Shown in pieces: positions 35,171 through 49,404 of a stretch of DNA of 54,458 nt. A program made the position numbers and the translations under genes. The DNA comes from Octopus bimaculoides (taxonomy: Eukaryota). How positions within the stretch are numbered: the stretch's first letter is position 1; each line of letters starts with the position of its first letter. The notes under the pieces are model-generated. The model had not been told where the DNA came from. It ran no database searches and saw nothing but the letters and a program-made list of their open reading frames with translations. Location: the NCBI RefSeq assembly GCF_001194135.2, contig NC_068984.1, positions 51,710,834 to 51,765,291 on the forward strand, written 5' to 3'.

Positions 35171-37204
35171 GATTCAGTTGATTTACATGCTCAAAGTTTT
35201 AGTTTTAACTTTGATGTACTTTAGATTTTTAAACTCAGAAAGAAGCTGCTGATTTTCTTTTATAGTATTTTTATAGTTTCTATCATTTTACTTTATACCC
35301 TTTTGATAAAAACAGCCTCTTTTTAAAATTTTGTCCCATCTTACACTTAATCATTTGTAACTTCTTTAATAAAAAAAATACTGTTAAAATGCCAGAAAAG
35401 CAAAGATATAGCTTTAAAACCAAACTAACAATCTAAAATGCTAGAAAGTGGCATGAGGATTCATATCAGCCATGTATATATTCTGTGCTTTTAATCAATA
35501 TAAGAAATATATTAATTTTAATTATAATCAGAATTAATGGTACCATAAATTAAGCTGGAGTCAAAAATTTTGTGTACTGATTCGACAGCCCTGGAAGTGG
35601 TACAGGATCAAGGAATGGCAATATACGACATGAAAAAAACAAAATTAAAATTATGACCACAGACTAACATTTTAAATTGAAAAAATATTTCAGGGCTTCA
35701 ACTGATAAATAGCTTCCAATAATAAATACTTAGATTAATAATGGTATATTTATATAAGCTTATGGCGATCACCGTACAATGACTGAAGAAAATAGTCTAA
35801 TAAAGGGGCAGAAAAAAGGCTTTCCTTGATAGGAAAGCCTTCTTTTATCAATTCAAAAAGTTCCAGAATGTATTGATAATACATGCCAAAATAATTCAAA
35901 GTTAGACACAGCAATATAGACAGATGACTAGCAAGATTAAGTTAATAGGACAATTCGCATAGATTAATGGACAATTTCACACACTCAAAATATTCAAAAT
36001 TTAAAAAATACCACCAACTCTTTTCACTCAACTTCAAATGCAATAAACAAGTTTGTACAAGTTTTATATTTATTCTCTTAATACTAAACAGATACTAATT
36101 TTTATCTCAGTCTAAATTCATCCTGTAATCCTTCTCAACACTCTCGGATACAGAAACACAGTATTTCCAATTTAAATAATTTAGTTATTTTTAGATAAAG
36201 TAACTTACAATATGATACAGTATGACCTTATCAACCCAAGTGTCAATATTGAGCTAAATATTTAGTTCAGAGTAGTTTTATTCCTTTCACTTTTGATCTA
36301 TTTCACACTGACATGTAATTGTAGAAGTAATATACAACTGAACAGAAAGCAAAGAAAAATGTAGGTAGGTATGATTTGTGGTTAGACCAGTAAAATGATT
36401 TGTGGTTAGACCAGTAAAATAGAAATAAAGCCAAGTTTTGAAGCAAAAGCCAACAAGGAAGCATCTATACAAATCAACATGCTTAATACAACAACCAAAA
36501 CTCAAATCCTTACCATTATCAAATACTGGGACAATAAGTTCTAAGTCTTAATCCCCAAAGTAACAGTACTTAATCATTTAGTTGCCCCTCATACCCAAAA
36601 TTGTTTTACATTATTGCTATAGAATATTTACAATAATTTGTTACATTGGCACAAGGCCACATATGAAACGTGTGGTTCTTAGCTGAATGTCTCCAGCACA
36701 TGACTTTTGATAATTAAATGTGGAAGGCAAAAACTACTTGGCATGATTTGAAGCCATTACTACAGAGATGAAAACATTTTAAAGATTAACATCTACATTA
36801 AATTTTGATTCCCACTGAACATCAAGAGTCTTATTCTTAAATGTGCATTTAGTTAGACTAAATTCAAATAAGAAACCTGCCTTTCAAAAAGTGACTGTAC
36901 ACATTTAGGAATAAGGTAGTTGTAGATCAAATTGGACTGAAATGCAGTATAGATTAAATAAGATTTTTAATTTTAATACATCACAAAATCTAATCACCAC
37001 CAAAAAGTTGAATTCAAGACAAAAAAATTATTTCTGACTTCACTTCAAGGTTACAAATTTGAGAACGATATGTAGGCAATACAGTTGGCACTAGTACTTG
37101 ACAAGTTGATAGTGTATCAATCAGAAGTGATGAAAAGTAAATCCTAATATAAGGAATTTAACCAGTTGCTCTATTTCTGCTACTCTACAACCATCATTTA
37201 TTGG

Positions 37205-37441
37205 CTTCTTCCCTATGTATGTCATGTTCATGTCTTTACAAGCACCTTCTATGCATCTTCTGCTAGAGACTACATTTCTAGTTCTACAGCTAATGCCAGG
37301 GATAATCCTACATACCATGCAGTTATCATTGGTGCATGTGGTATTCTCAAAGGGATACATCCTACATAGTTGTGATCTGATGGAGTTCCCTGGCTTTTCA
37401 ACAATCTTAATGTTGAGTTTGGTCTCTTTCAGAGCTTTCAT
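37205..37441 (-). mobile_element. Penelope-like element fragment (Cys4 linker plus start of GIY-YIG endonuclease)
   Basis: KLNIKIVEKPGNSIRSQL...CTNDNCMVCRIIPGISCRTRNVVSSRRCIEGACKDMNMTYIG aligns motif for motif with 50830-51045. Confidence 0.8.
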
Positions 37442-37795
37442 TTTTTTGTTTTATTTTAGGGTTAAACAAATTTTTTAGTAAGAAGAGACAACCAAAAAGT
37501 ACTGAAAATGTATACAATGCCTGACATTAAATACCTACAGCTGTACTGTTTCACACCTTTTTAACAACTCAATGAATGAGATTCTTCTAATCAATAACCA
37601 TGGAATCAAAGAAATGAAAATCAAAGCAAAATTGAGAACTATATAATATTTCTTAATCATTCATCCTTATCACCACCAATATCTACTAGCATTGTTGGTA
37701 AGATTTTCTTTTTTTCTCATTGTGCATTAGGTTGGTAAACCTTTCTGTGATCTTACCATCTGCTACTAAAACAGGAAAATTTGTTCACATAACTC

Positions 37796-37797
<2 letters not shown>

Positions 37798-37879
<82 letters not shown>

Positions 37880-37880
37880 T
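37798..37880. repeat. (TA)n(CA)n microsatellite
   Basis: Directly visible. Confidence 0.95.
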
Positions 37881-38419
37881 TTGTTTATAATAGTGGACTC
37901 ATTCTAATTCAGACATACAGGTATCAATTATTAAGAAGCTCCTGTGTGTCACCTGGCCTGCTAAAAGTATCAGCTAATCTGCTTCAAAATCACACTGAAT
38001 TGTCTTGGAAAGAAAAATAAGAGGAATGACATTGGATAACGTAGTCTTAGGTAAACAATGCATTAAAAAGACAGGAGGAACAGAGCTTTAATGTCAGTAC
38101 TCAGTTTCCCTTGATCAGAGCTGACTTCAGTCTTAAGTCTTACAAGCAACATCTAACACCTTTAGTTCTTAAAGAAATTTCTTAGTCTTTATAAAGTTTT
38201 TTATTCTCACACAGCACAACCAGTAAATCACCAACTTGTCCACTAGATATGCAACTAAATAAAAAAAATAGTACTTTATCACTAAATAAAGTTATCCAAA
38301 AGTAAACATCATCCATTGATGTTTCTAGAGCAATATGGCCTTCCACACAAAAGTGTAGAATGTCAAATTGATAGGTTTAGGGTCCTGAACAAGCAAAAGA
38401 GAAAATCGGACCACTTGGT

Positions 38420-38530
38420 GACATTGTAGCATGATGAGACCACATGGTACACTGTAGTATGGTAACAGAGTAAGAGACCATATGGTAACAGTAGTGAGAG
38501 AGACCATATCGTAAGAAAACACATGGTGAA
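38420..38530. repeat. Imperfect minisatellite, ~20-28-bp unit built on gaccatatggtaacag
   Basis: gaccacatggtac / gtatggtaacag / gaccatatggtaacag / gaccatatcgtaag / cacatggt. Confidence 0.5.
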
Positions 38531-40732
38531 AAAGAGGTCACATGCTTACATTGCACATTGAAGTAAGTAGGACAAGTAGACATCCAGTTTCTGAGCACTG
38601 TCCACCATCTGACAAGCAATTTAGCTTGATAATTTGTGCTTTGCTTAAATTACCTTGGATATACTTTAAACAATCAGAATCTTATTCAATTTTATAAGAG
38701 CATTCGAAAATGCATGTATCGGAATTTTATTGAAAATAATGTAGAGTTTTATAAAAATTTACTTAACATGTGATGCGTTTAAAAAACACCTGCAATTTGC
38801 TGCCTGTTTGTAGTGTACATGTTATGTTGCAGGCTAAAATGGGTAGGTTCATTTTGTTTTTGCTTGTTTTCGTTTTTTGGTGATTGTGTGTGTGTGTGTG
38901 TGTTTCATGCCCTGAAAGAAATGCTAAAAAGACTACATTTAACCATGGGTGAAACAAAAGATAACTTCCATGTATTTTGCACACTATGCATATGTTTAAG
39001 TGGAAATTAGCAGTGAGGATAAAGTGCAGTTGAACAACCCCAATAAACAAAGTTAACATTTGTATTACTGGTATGTTATCATTGACCACCCCCACCCCCA
39101 ACCCAATCAAGATGACAAAATCTGGCTGCAGAATTTTGTAAAATATATCATGTTAAACATCAGTTACACAGATGTGTTGCTTATGGAATAAAAGTTGACA
39201 GTAATATGTAGCAACTAACTGATAGTGAGAAATATAACAAGTCGGAAAACTAAAGCAAAAGTTTTATGTGAAAATATTCCAGTGCCAGATTCGGTATCAA
39301 AGAAGGAGGAACAAACTAAAGGGCATAGTTACCCTTTTCTGTAGCAACTGATGCTTTAAACAAAGGTGCAGGTGTATGCCTAATGTGTCTGATAGACACA
39401 GCATCCTCATTCAAACACACCTGGTAAGCTGGGTATTGGACAAATCAGACAATCTGATTTAAGAGGCAGATTATTGGCGTTTTCATTTGCTATTTAATGT
39501 CTAGGTATATTTTACATTATGGCTTCACCAGAGAACCATGTTGACCTTAACTGAAAGTTCATAAGTTGGTGCTTCAGTAGTGAGAGTTTGTGAAGAGTAT
39601 AATATTAAACCACAGTTTCAGAAATACAAAGCTAAGCACTAATTAACTATATTTTCTTTGAAAGGTAATGTCACAGCAAATTTTTAATTCTCTTTTGGTG
39701 CAAAGAAGCACACAAGTCACAAAAGATCCAAATCATAAAACGACAGTGGCAAAGCAGTTTATCAAGAATTCAGAGGTAGAATTCCAAAGTGCTGCTGCCA
39801 AGTTAGCTAAGTGCATGTGCATCAGCAATTCTGAAGTTGGTGACAAGTAGTTTCAAAACTCGTCTATCATCTTTACATTCACTTTCTATGTCGGCAGGTG
39901 TTGAATAGGTCATTGCATTCAAAGCCAGTTCTTATTCGGTGTTACCCCCCCCCCTCCTCTTAAATTGGCTTGCACCATGCTTCACTTGTATATACCATTT
40001 TAAATATAGTTTCTACAGTCAAAAGCTAATCCTAAAAGTAACCATTTTACAGAATGTATAAGGACATTTTTTTTTTATGTGGCACTAACACTAAAAATGT
40101 TACCTTGTCCCCTGTAATATTAAAGGGTCTCTATGTTGTTTCTGTTCTTTCAAGGTAAACATGATCAAGAGCATAAATAGAAAAGAGATGATCAAGAAGG
40201 TGAAAGAGGAGATAATATGAGCTAAAAGGAGTGACAGAATGATAGAGATAATAGCTACAATTCATCACTGGTAAGGCAACTGAATTTAAAAAAAAAAAAC
40301 ACCATTAGCAACATGATAGGATAAAAATAAAGATGTAATGATGGTGAGTGATGGACAGTATGTGCCAAATTTAACCAGCCTACCCATGATATAACAAATG
40401 TGAAGCAGACATCCAGTTTCTACAGTGATGGAAACAGTTGGTGTGGGGAGGGTTCCTAGTTTCAGTTAATGAAGGGACTTATAGTCTTACACTACGCTCT
40501 TCATTGCATCCTCAGAGGCCTTAACATACCTCAAGTTCCTAAGATCAATTTCTATCACCGGTTTAAGTGACAATGTATGTGTGACTTGTCTGAAAACAAC
40601 TTTCTTAGCAAATTGTTGAAACTTACCTAAAAAGGTGCCATGCCTTTTGAATGATTCATATGGATGAATTATATGAAGAGCGTGGAATTGTGGAGAATGA
40701 TCAGCACCAAAAAGATGGTATATAATAGGTAC

Positions 40733-40930
40733 AGGTATGGCTGTGCAGTTAAGAAGTTCATTTCCCAGCCATGTGGTTGGTTTTGGGTTCAGTTCCACTT
40801 TGGGCAAATATCTTCTACTATAGCCCAGGCTGACCTATACCTTGAGAAGGTATCTGATAAATGGAAACTGGAATAAGGCCATCATATGTATGTATATACT
40901 CACACACACGTGTGTGTGAGTGCGCGTGCA
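40733..40930 (+). mobile_element. SINE family B
   Basis: ggtatggctgtgcagttaagaagttc...gggttcagttcc...tcttctactatagccc...aaatggaaactg, with a TA/CA tail. Confidence 0.7.
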
Positions 40931-43369
40931 TGCACGTTAATGAGTTTATATTTGCCTCATATCCACATGCAATTTGCAGATTGTAAACAAAATAGCTCAC
41001 TCAATCAGTGTCATTTGTTTCCCTTTCTCCATCTAATCAAGTCCATGATGTTTGTTGTTTGATAGATAGGGAGACTATTAACTCGCATCAACAGGTGGGG
41101 ATTAGCGTCAAGGAGGCAATGAGGCTATAGAAAACTTGGCCCCAACGTACTCTCGTCTGCCCCATACAAACATGGTAAAGCAGACATTAAAATGACGATG
41201 ATGAACGAGATGGTAGGTAATCATGGTAATAAGGAATGTTATAACCAATTCAGTAAATAAGGTTTCTTCTACAAATCACCTGAAGCCAAACACAGCAATG
41301 TTCACACAGACTAAGTTTTTGTTAGCGACTTCAGCTTGGAGAAAACAGGTGATAAAAATAAATATTAGCCTATTCTCGGAAACCATTCATATGAAGAAAA
41401 AAAAATCATAATTTAAGAATAACGAATTTTAAACTGAAAAGGAGCTTTGAAGAAAATGTTTAAGGATTTTGCTGGATTTGTTGAAGCAAACCTAGCATGC
41501 TCGAATTTTTATTGACAAAAATCATTAAAGCTAAAGTAATCATTTGTTTTTGCAATAAGGTTTAAATTTTATAAAAATGTAGTTTGAAATGCAATACGTG
41601 TATATGCGACTGACCACGTATGTAATTTCCCATTTGAATATTTGGAAATGGCCACCGAAGTAGAGAGACAACATAGTGAGAGCGAGATTCCCCCACCACT
41701 ACACATGGTTGCATTGCAGTATCTAAAGAAAAACACCACATGGCTGCACTGCAGTATGGTGTACGAGCGAAACATAACAGAAAAACTGAAAGGAGACGAG
41801 ATAATATTAAGAAGGAATCCTGATTTATTTAAAAAGATAAAAGGCCGAATGAATTCCAAAGATGTTCTCGAGAACTTTTCCTTTAATACGAACAAAACCC
41901 CTACAGACGACTGATAAGAAATGAAGTGATGTAGAAACAATTTGAGATATTAATTGCCATTTCCTATCGGAATGTATTTACACGAATGAAGGAAAGATCC
42001 TGACTCTTATAAAAGAGACCTTATGATAAATGCAGAGCTATGTGCTTGGACTTGCAATGACAAACTATAACTAGTAATTTAAATCAATATATCTATTTTA
42101 TTACTACTTAGTCTGCAAAACAATAAAAAGGATTTTAAAAAGTTTCTATTTATTTGAATCGAATGGGTTGATTGATAACGCTGTGTGTACAGTTTTTAGG
42201 AGCACCCTCGTATAACGAGTTTAGACTTGGTTACATCTAACCATCGAATGTGTAAAGAAAAAAAAAACTTTAAAAAATTGTCTCAATGTTAAATGTCTAT
42301 AAAATGTATTGAGTTTGGAGAGGAAATGGTACATTTTATATCAGTCATTTGCTCAGGCAAATTTCTGAATAATATATATGCAATGCCGAAATGTTCAAAC
42401 CAAACTGAAATGCAAGTGAATGACTGATAGCAGGCGCGCGCACACGCACACAACTTCACATGCCGTTTCCACGTAGTCAAAAACTATTATAATAACAAAA
42501 CAAATATAGAGATAAATTTAATGAATAAACTCGAAAATTAATAATTTTCGCTAGATCATTAGTGAAAAGGTCCAAAGTAATGAAAGACATTCTTTAATAC
42601 CTTTGAAGAATAACTAACATATTGAGAAATAAATAAGTCAGTCGAACTCATTCTTTAAAAAAAAAAAAAAATTGACACTTAGACAAATGCAACCAAAGAA
42701 ATTAAAACCGTGAAAATGTAAGAAGTAACACGTAAGAAATTAACAGGAGAAAAAAAAAAAATCCAAGCACTTTCCAATAATATTCTTTAAAAGTTAGCGG
42801 TTGAGATAAATATTCTATCACAATTATTTTTTGTTTTATTTCAAGATGTTTAGAAAAAAAAGAAAGCAAGTATAATTACAAAAGAAAATTTTAATTTTTT
42901 TTTTTTTTATAGTAAACATTACTACAAAATTACTACATATTACGTGGAGTGGGAAGCATGTATGTAGGAATTGACCATATGGTGTCGGCAATGTTTAAAA
43001 AGGTCGTAGCAGTAATATGCGGAATCATCGTGGATATTTAATTAAATTTTTAAAATGTACGTTATTCCATCCTTAAGAAAATTTTGAAGAGCCTTTAAGC
43101 CAGATTCTAAAATTAATAAAACTCGCATAAGAGGGACCATAAATGATTTGAACTGTCAAAGCAATCTTGGGGGGCGGGGGGAGACATGTGCTTTTTACTG
43201 ACACGTTTCCACCGAGAACAACACAGCTGATACTGATCAACAGAATTGTATTTTAAACATTTCACATAGAAACATTTTGTAAATTTTTCTTACAAAATTT
43301 TTCATGCAACTATGGAGAATTTCATGAATTCAAGCATTTTGAAATTTTAGAAAATAAGTCTTTTAACAA

Positions 43370-43780
43370 TATTATTCCTCAATATGTATTCTGCATTGAT
43401 TTTGAAATGCCGGTCGTAAAACGTACAAGACCCGTTCCAAATTCGAATAGACAATTTTGTAACTGTCCATGAAATAAAACAATTATATATAATCAAGAAA
43501 TAATGAAGAATTTTCGTCACATAAAATACTTTCGTATCCAAGACGAGTTTATGTCGCAATATGGCTCAACATGAATACGTTTGGGATAAGTCTATTCCAC
43601 GCAACTTCAGCATTTACATAGATTTATGGAAACTAAACTTCTTTAGAACTTATGCTACTGACTTAGGACAGTTGACTAAAGGAGAAATCTTTATCATCTT
43701 GGTTCCAAAAGATGAAAATAGAAATCCCGGTAAATTTCAGGATATCATTTTAGTTTTTATTAGTTGTACGGCTTAGAATT
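43370..43780 (+). mobile_element. Possible highly decayed L1/Tx1-type LINE (region upstream of RT)
   Basis: Weak motifs only: VTVHEIKQ (cf. ITxEEIxxA) and GQLTKGEIFIILVPKDENRNPGKFQDIILV (cf. G.IxLIPK...P.NYRPISL). Confidence 0.35.
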
Positions 43781-44999
43781 AATATTATTATAATAAGCTA
43801 CCAAAGTCTTGTTTGTTCTGGAGTTGACGATAGCAAATAACAACCTGCTAACGGCTGTTTGGACATTAAGTGTACAATTTGAGATATGTAAAAGTAATTA
43901 ACCAGCTGTTAATTTGCAGACATGAAAACATACACGCGTTTTTAAAACTGACACTCCGTTCACTGCAACAAGAAGTTTCATTTAGTTTGCCAATCCAGGG
44001 GCGGGGAGAATCAAAGCAGCCAGATTTCCACATGGTAAATATACATCTAGACCGTATTTGCAGCTATAAATCGTTTTAAAACGAATGGTTAAGACACAAG
44101 TATTGTATTAGGAAACGAGCACAGTTGATTATTTATGCTATCAGTCCTGTTTTGTCGATCGAGAGCGAGAAGGCTATGTCGAGTCCGAAAATACCAACTT
44201 GACATAAGCAAAATAAGAACAAATCTTATCCTAGTTCATAGAAACCAGTCTTATTAGAAATATAAGTACCAACGTGAGCGGGTACTTTTATGATAAGTGA
44301 ACAGAAGGAGGAAAATCCCTCAAATTTCGTTACTCAATAACACTAAGTTAAAACAAAAAAACATTAAATTCTATAAAAATATGACAGTTGTAAAACATAT
44401 TACTAATGTATGAAAGGGAAAACAGGAAGACAATAAGAACAATAAAAGTGAAAGGGTTAATTTTGACCAGAATCTAAGAGTAACCAGGAAGTGTTTGTGG
44501 GGTGTAATTTCTAAGTATTTCTAGAAAACTGTTTTAGATATTGAAACATTCATTCTTCAGTGTTGAGAAAGGTAATGATGGATTCTTAAGTCCGGTTTAA
44601 ACGGTCTAGAATTACTGTCTAAGACAATGGGACAGAGCGTTAAAAGGAGAATGGGCAATAATGAAAGGAGGTGAAGGTCTTCTATAAATAACTTAAAAGA
44701 AAACAGAATCTCAGCAGCATCCAAGAACAAGTTATTACATGTCAGCCTTTTTTTTTTAAACTTCACACCCCTTACATATCACCACGTCACGTATATACAT
44801 GCAAAAAAAAAAATTAAAATTAAAGAGTCTATTTCCTTAACACACACACACACATACATACAAGTTTCATCAGCTTGGTCTTTTGGGACACGTAGACATT
44901 TCAGAAAACGACATATAACCATTATATAATGGTAATACACTTTTTCATTAATACAAGTCTAAGTTACACACAGCGACAGATAGAAATGCTTCATGTCTA

Positions 45000-45200
<201 letters not shown>

Positions 45201-46086
45201 TTATAGTAGGAGTAGTTGGGGAAAAAAACCCTGCAGAAGCTAGTTAGAAATATAAATATATAAATGTTGTGTTGACGGTATATGTAGAGTTAAATCAGAA
45301 GAGCTATCTCTGTGGTAATTTCTTTTCAAATCTTTCGATTCCGTATCAACGTGGGGAGGGCGTTTTTGTTGTTGTTTTTTTTTAAACACCCTCCTTTAAA
45401 AAAATAAAACAAATCTATTTTTTTTTCTTAGAGGTATCTGTGTTATAAACACAATGGGTGGTAGATAAACACTGGTGTCGGTTCTTTTAAGCAGTAAATC
45501 TTACTGCTGATTATAAAGTTGGTCACGCTGGAGCAATGGTAGCAGGTCGTAATGTACCAGGACTGTTAAAGCTAGCACCGAGTGAAAGAGAGGGTGTATA
45601 TAATTGAAAGAGGGCGAGAGGAGGAATATATATATATAAGTGAGTAAAAGGAAGAGGAGGAGAGAGAGTGTAAGACTCAAACGTGATTAAGGAAATAATT
45701 GAATGAGCAAACAAACATGATGAAAGACAGAGAGAGAGAGAAATAGACGGAGAGTACAATAAGTAAAGCGAAGGAGTAGATGCGAGAAATATATAAACTT
45801 TAAGAAAAAGGAATGAAGGGGAGTAGAAAGAGAGAAAATCGTAGAAAGTGTGAGTACATAAAAGAAAGAGGGAGGAGTAACACCGAAAAAAATCTTTCAA
45901 CGTTTCGTGACGTTGACGCCGACGCGAATACTGACAATTGTGGCAGTAATAGGGTGAGTGATTGAAATCGAACAAAAGAAATAGAGAGAGGAATGAGAAA
46001 ACATTTATAAGCCGGTTGGAGTAGTAGTCAAAGGTAAAAGACAATACTATCAGAGTGTATATATCGAAAGAAGAATTGACAATAAA

Positions 46087-46087
<1 letters not shown>

Positions 46088-46118
<31 letters not shown>

Positions 46119-46125
46119 CGTATAT
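46088..46125. repeat. (TA)n microsatellite
   Basis: Directly visible. Confidence 0.9.
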
Positions 46126-46454
46126 AGTTAAAATAGGAGGGGTGAGATGACAGAGTGCAAGTAAGAGATATGGATTATGACGAAGTAGCAGTTAGCGGTA
46201 GTTGAGAGAAATATGACGTTAGAGTGAAAGAGATGACAAGTGGCGGTAAGAGTATAAGTCAAGTGAACTGCAAGGGAGATAAATCGATGTCAAAGGGTAA
46301 GTAATAATGTCTGACTGAAGGAATTATAGTTTTGAAAACTGGTGACAATAGGAGAATAAATATCAACTTTGGAGAAAAAATTCAAATAGAAGCAAATCAT
46401 ATCTAAACTAAAAAGGACCTTCGCAGCGCAGAAAAATCATTTACTGCATAACTT

Positions 46455-46660
46455 TATATTCTTACAAATTTTGGCGCAAGGACAGTAGTTTTGAAGGGAG
46501 GGACTAGTTGATTACATCGACACCAGTGGTATTTATTTTATCAAACTCAACCGGATTTAAGGCACAGTAGACTTCAGCGAAATTTGAAATCAGAACGCAA
46601 GAAATACTAGTAAGAACTTTGTTCGGCATACTTGGCGATTCTACCGGCTGGCCGCCTTAG
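46455..46660 (-). mobile_element. SINE family A
   Basis: Reverse complement has ctaaggcggccagccggtagaatcgccaagtatgccgaac...ttctgatttcaaatttcgctgaagtctactgtgcc...ggtgtcgatgtaatcaactagtcccc. Confidence 0.65.
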
Positions 46661-47037
46661 CAGTTGTTGGCACTCCGTCGCTTACGACGTCGAGGGTTCC
46701 TGTTGATCCAATCAACGGAACAGCCTGCTCGTGAAATTAACGTGCAAGTGGCTGAGCACTCCACAGACACGTGCACCATTAACGTAGTTCTCGGGGATAT
46801 TCAGCGTGACACAGTGTGACAAGGCTGATCCTTTGAATTACAGGTACAACAGAAACAGGAAGTAAGAGTGAGAGAAAGTTGTGGTGGAAGAGTACAGCAG
46901 TGTTCGCCACCATCCCCTGCCGGAGCCTCGTGGAGCTTTTAGGTGTTTTCGCTCAAAAAACACTCACAACGCCCGGTCTGGAAATCGAAACCGCGATCCT
47001 ATGACCATGAGTCCGCTGCCCTAACCACTGGGCCTTC
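46660..47037 (-). mobile_element. Longer tRNA-headed SINE (family D; head related to family C)
   Basis: Minus-strand head gaaggcccagtggttagggcagcggactcatggtcataggatcgcggtttcgatttccagaccgggcg (A/B-box-like), followed by a ~300-bp CpG-rich body. Confidence 0.7.
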
Positions 47038-47089
47038 ACTAAGGAGCAGTATCAAGAAAACAAATATGATTGACCGGAAGCCGAGGAAG

Positions 47090-47235
47090 TGTACATGCGC
47101 GAATTCCAGAAATCTAACGGAAATGTTGACGTTGCAATAAATAGAAATCTGATTGGTCAAACGTTTAGGTGTTACAGCGGGAGAAACGAAAGTAGATGTT
47201 AAGCGGAAGCATGTGTTCGTAGTAGTGTCCATTGT
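47090..47235. promoter_or_regulatory. Housekeeping-type promoter motif cluster
   Basis: ETS-like ccggaag, aggaagt and gcggaag; NRF1-like catgcgcg; inverted CCAAT box ctgattggtc; CpG-rich and not part of any repeat seen elsewhere in the window. Confidence 0.45.
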
Positions 47236-47391
47236 ATCTTTTTGTTTTCCATTCCAGTACCATAGATTGAATGGAACTGAAAGAAATTATTCTACCCTCC
47301 TTTCATGACATTTACATTTGTCATTAATGTATTTCGATGTGAGTTACTTCATAAACTCATTAATATTTTTTTTTTTTTTTTACACGAAACC

Positions 47392-47612
47392 TTAACCCTC
47401 TGGCATTTAAACCAGCCATATCCAGCCCGAATATTCTACCTGTTTTGTGTTCAAACAGGCCAGATATTACGCCTCATACCTATCCAACAACGTCATTCTA
47501 AAAAGAAACAAATGCATCATCGAAATCTCGAAACTGAGATAAGGCATCATTAATTCAAAGCATGAATAAATAAACATTACATTTGACTGTAATCTGAATG
47601 CTAAAGGGTTAA
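47392..47612. mobile_element. TTAA-flanked MITE (piggyBac-like), most complete copy
   Basis: TTAA|ccctctggcattt ... aatgctaaaggg|TTAA; TIRs begin with CCC and are bounded by TTAA. Confidence 0.8.
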
Positions 47613-49404
47613 CTATCGCCAGAGAAAAGTACACGTGAATGAATGTTTTTATCAGAAAAGAAATTGCTGTTTAAAAGAAGTGTTTTGTTTCTTTATTCTT
47701 TATTCCCATATTTCTATAATTGTGATGTTAAAAAAAGACCAAAAGTTTACTATTGTTGATTGTTTTGTTCATGTTACTAAATTTTTATTCCATTATTTAT
47801 TTTTGCTGTTTTTTGTTTTGTTTTAGCGTATATTTTATTTTAGTGTTAGTGAAATCTTTTTTATAATTTTTTTACTACTACACCTGTCTCACGAAACGTG
47901 GTCACATCTATAGGAGAACTTTCGGAATAGCTGTCACTGCCCCATGGGGAAAGAACGGGTGTAAGAAATTGGAAGTGTTTCCTTTCGTGATAGAATTTTT
48001 AAAAAAATTTTGGTCTCCCATATCGTGCCCTTTTCCGGTATATTTGTCAGATAGATAGATATATATATAGAGAGAGAGAGATAGGCAGACAGACAGGTAG
48101 ATAGCTCCGGCCAGTCAGTAGCCAAAGAATCAACTCAAACCAGCAGTAACGTTCCTTGTCAGATTTTTCTACTTTCACTTCTGACAGCTAATACCATGAC
48201 AGTGGTAATCAACGAAGGTGATCTACCTAGTGATCAAAACTTTTAAATTGTTTATTAAATACATTTCACAGTTCACAAACTTTGTATGACATTTTCGCCG
48301 ACGCACTCCATCCCACTCTTCGGATTCCAGTTTGCTCAAAGAAAACGGTTTCGAAAAGTATGAAGGCCATAGATCACATTGTCTCACAACCTGATCTCAA
48401 AAGGCTCTTTTCATGAAACTCAAATATTTGGTTATTGCACCATTGTATGTATTTTATTATCTCTATATAAAGTGAATAATTGCACCCACACTTCTACTAC
48501 TTTTACTGGTATATGATTACAGATTTATAGCAACACACCAACACGTTCAATATGCAACTTAGAGACTGCATTATGTATGAGGAAATAAAGTCAGGGTGTA
48601 TGAATTAAACGATATAATCGTAATTTACACCCTATTTGGGGAAAATTTGCATTAAAGAATATACATCATACAAATGCTTTTAGCAGAGAAATATTAACAG
48701 ACTTGTGTAAGACAAAGTTACGCTAACCTATCGAGTATCACCGCAGACTAATTAAAAATAGTGAAAAAGCAACCATTGATTGCTCTTTGCCGCTACATGT
48801 CTCTTTTGGAACTAACAGTGATTCGCATTGACTATTACTTTGGTCTCGCCAACCTGAGTGTCCAAAGGTCCTCTTATTAAAAAACAAATCTTATGTCTTA
48901 AACAAGGGAGATCACTCACCTATGACGTGATATCAGTTAAAATCATATAATTAGGGTATTCACCCTCTCGGAAGGGAGTGTAAAATTAGAAGTAACATTG
49001 TAACTCTTCTTTGGAATTGGATTTTTATGTTTAAACACAATAAAGTCGTTAAATGAAGTTGTTTTTTTTGTGGGGGGTGGGGTGCTAATGCAGATTCACA
49101 CCTCACCTTGTAAAATGGATTTTTCTGAAAAAGTTTATTCGAATCCCTTTGTTTTATATGTCGGAGATAACGAATATGCAAAAAAAAAAAAAATTGGTGG
49201 GGAGAAGAGTTTCGGATCAGGAAGACCATATAAGTTCATGGGGATTTTTCCTTTTTTTTTTTTTTTTTTTTNNNNNNNNNNNNNNNNNNNNNNNNNNNNN
49301 NNNNNNNNNNNNNNNNNNNNNNNNNNNNNNNNNNNNNNNNNNTCCCACTCCGAACCGATTTTAGCCAATTTTTGGAGCACTTCAAAACCATGGGAAGAGC
49401 GTTG

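Noticed and set aside
36371-36420. Perfect 24-bp tandem duplication (also a 31-bp one at ~20618-20678)
   Set aside because: Two-copy local slippage duplications without spacers; not CRISPR-like and no sign of function.
40487-40807. 106-aa minus-strand ORF
   Set aside because: Begins inside a SINE family B copy; no homology recognised and no convincing splice sites.
41642-41914. 90-aa + strand ORF in TRAM1 intron 1
   Set aside because: No recognisable motif or splice context, and it contains a short internal tandem repeat. A length of this order is expected by chance.
45523-46044. 173-aa minus-strand ORF upstream of TRAM1
   Set aside because: Low-complexity F/L/S translation of a GA-rich tract; no domain, and TRAM1 already has a conserved N-terminus at 45191.
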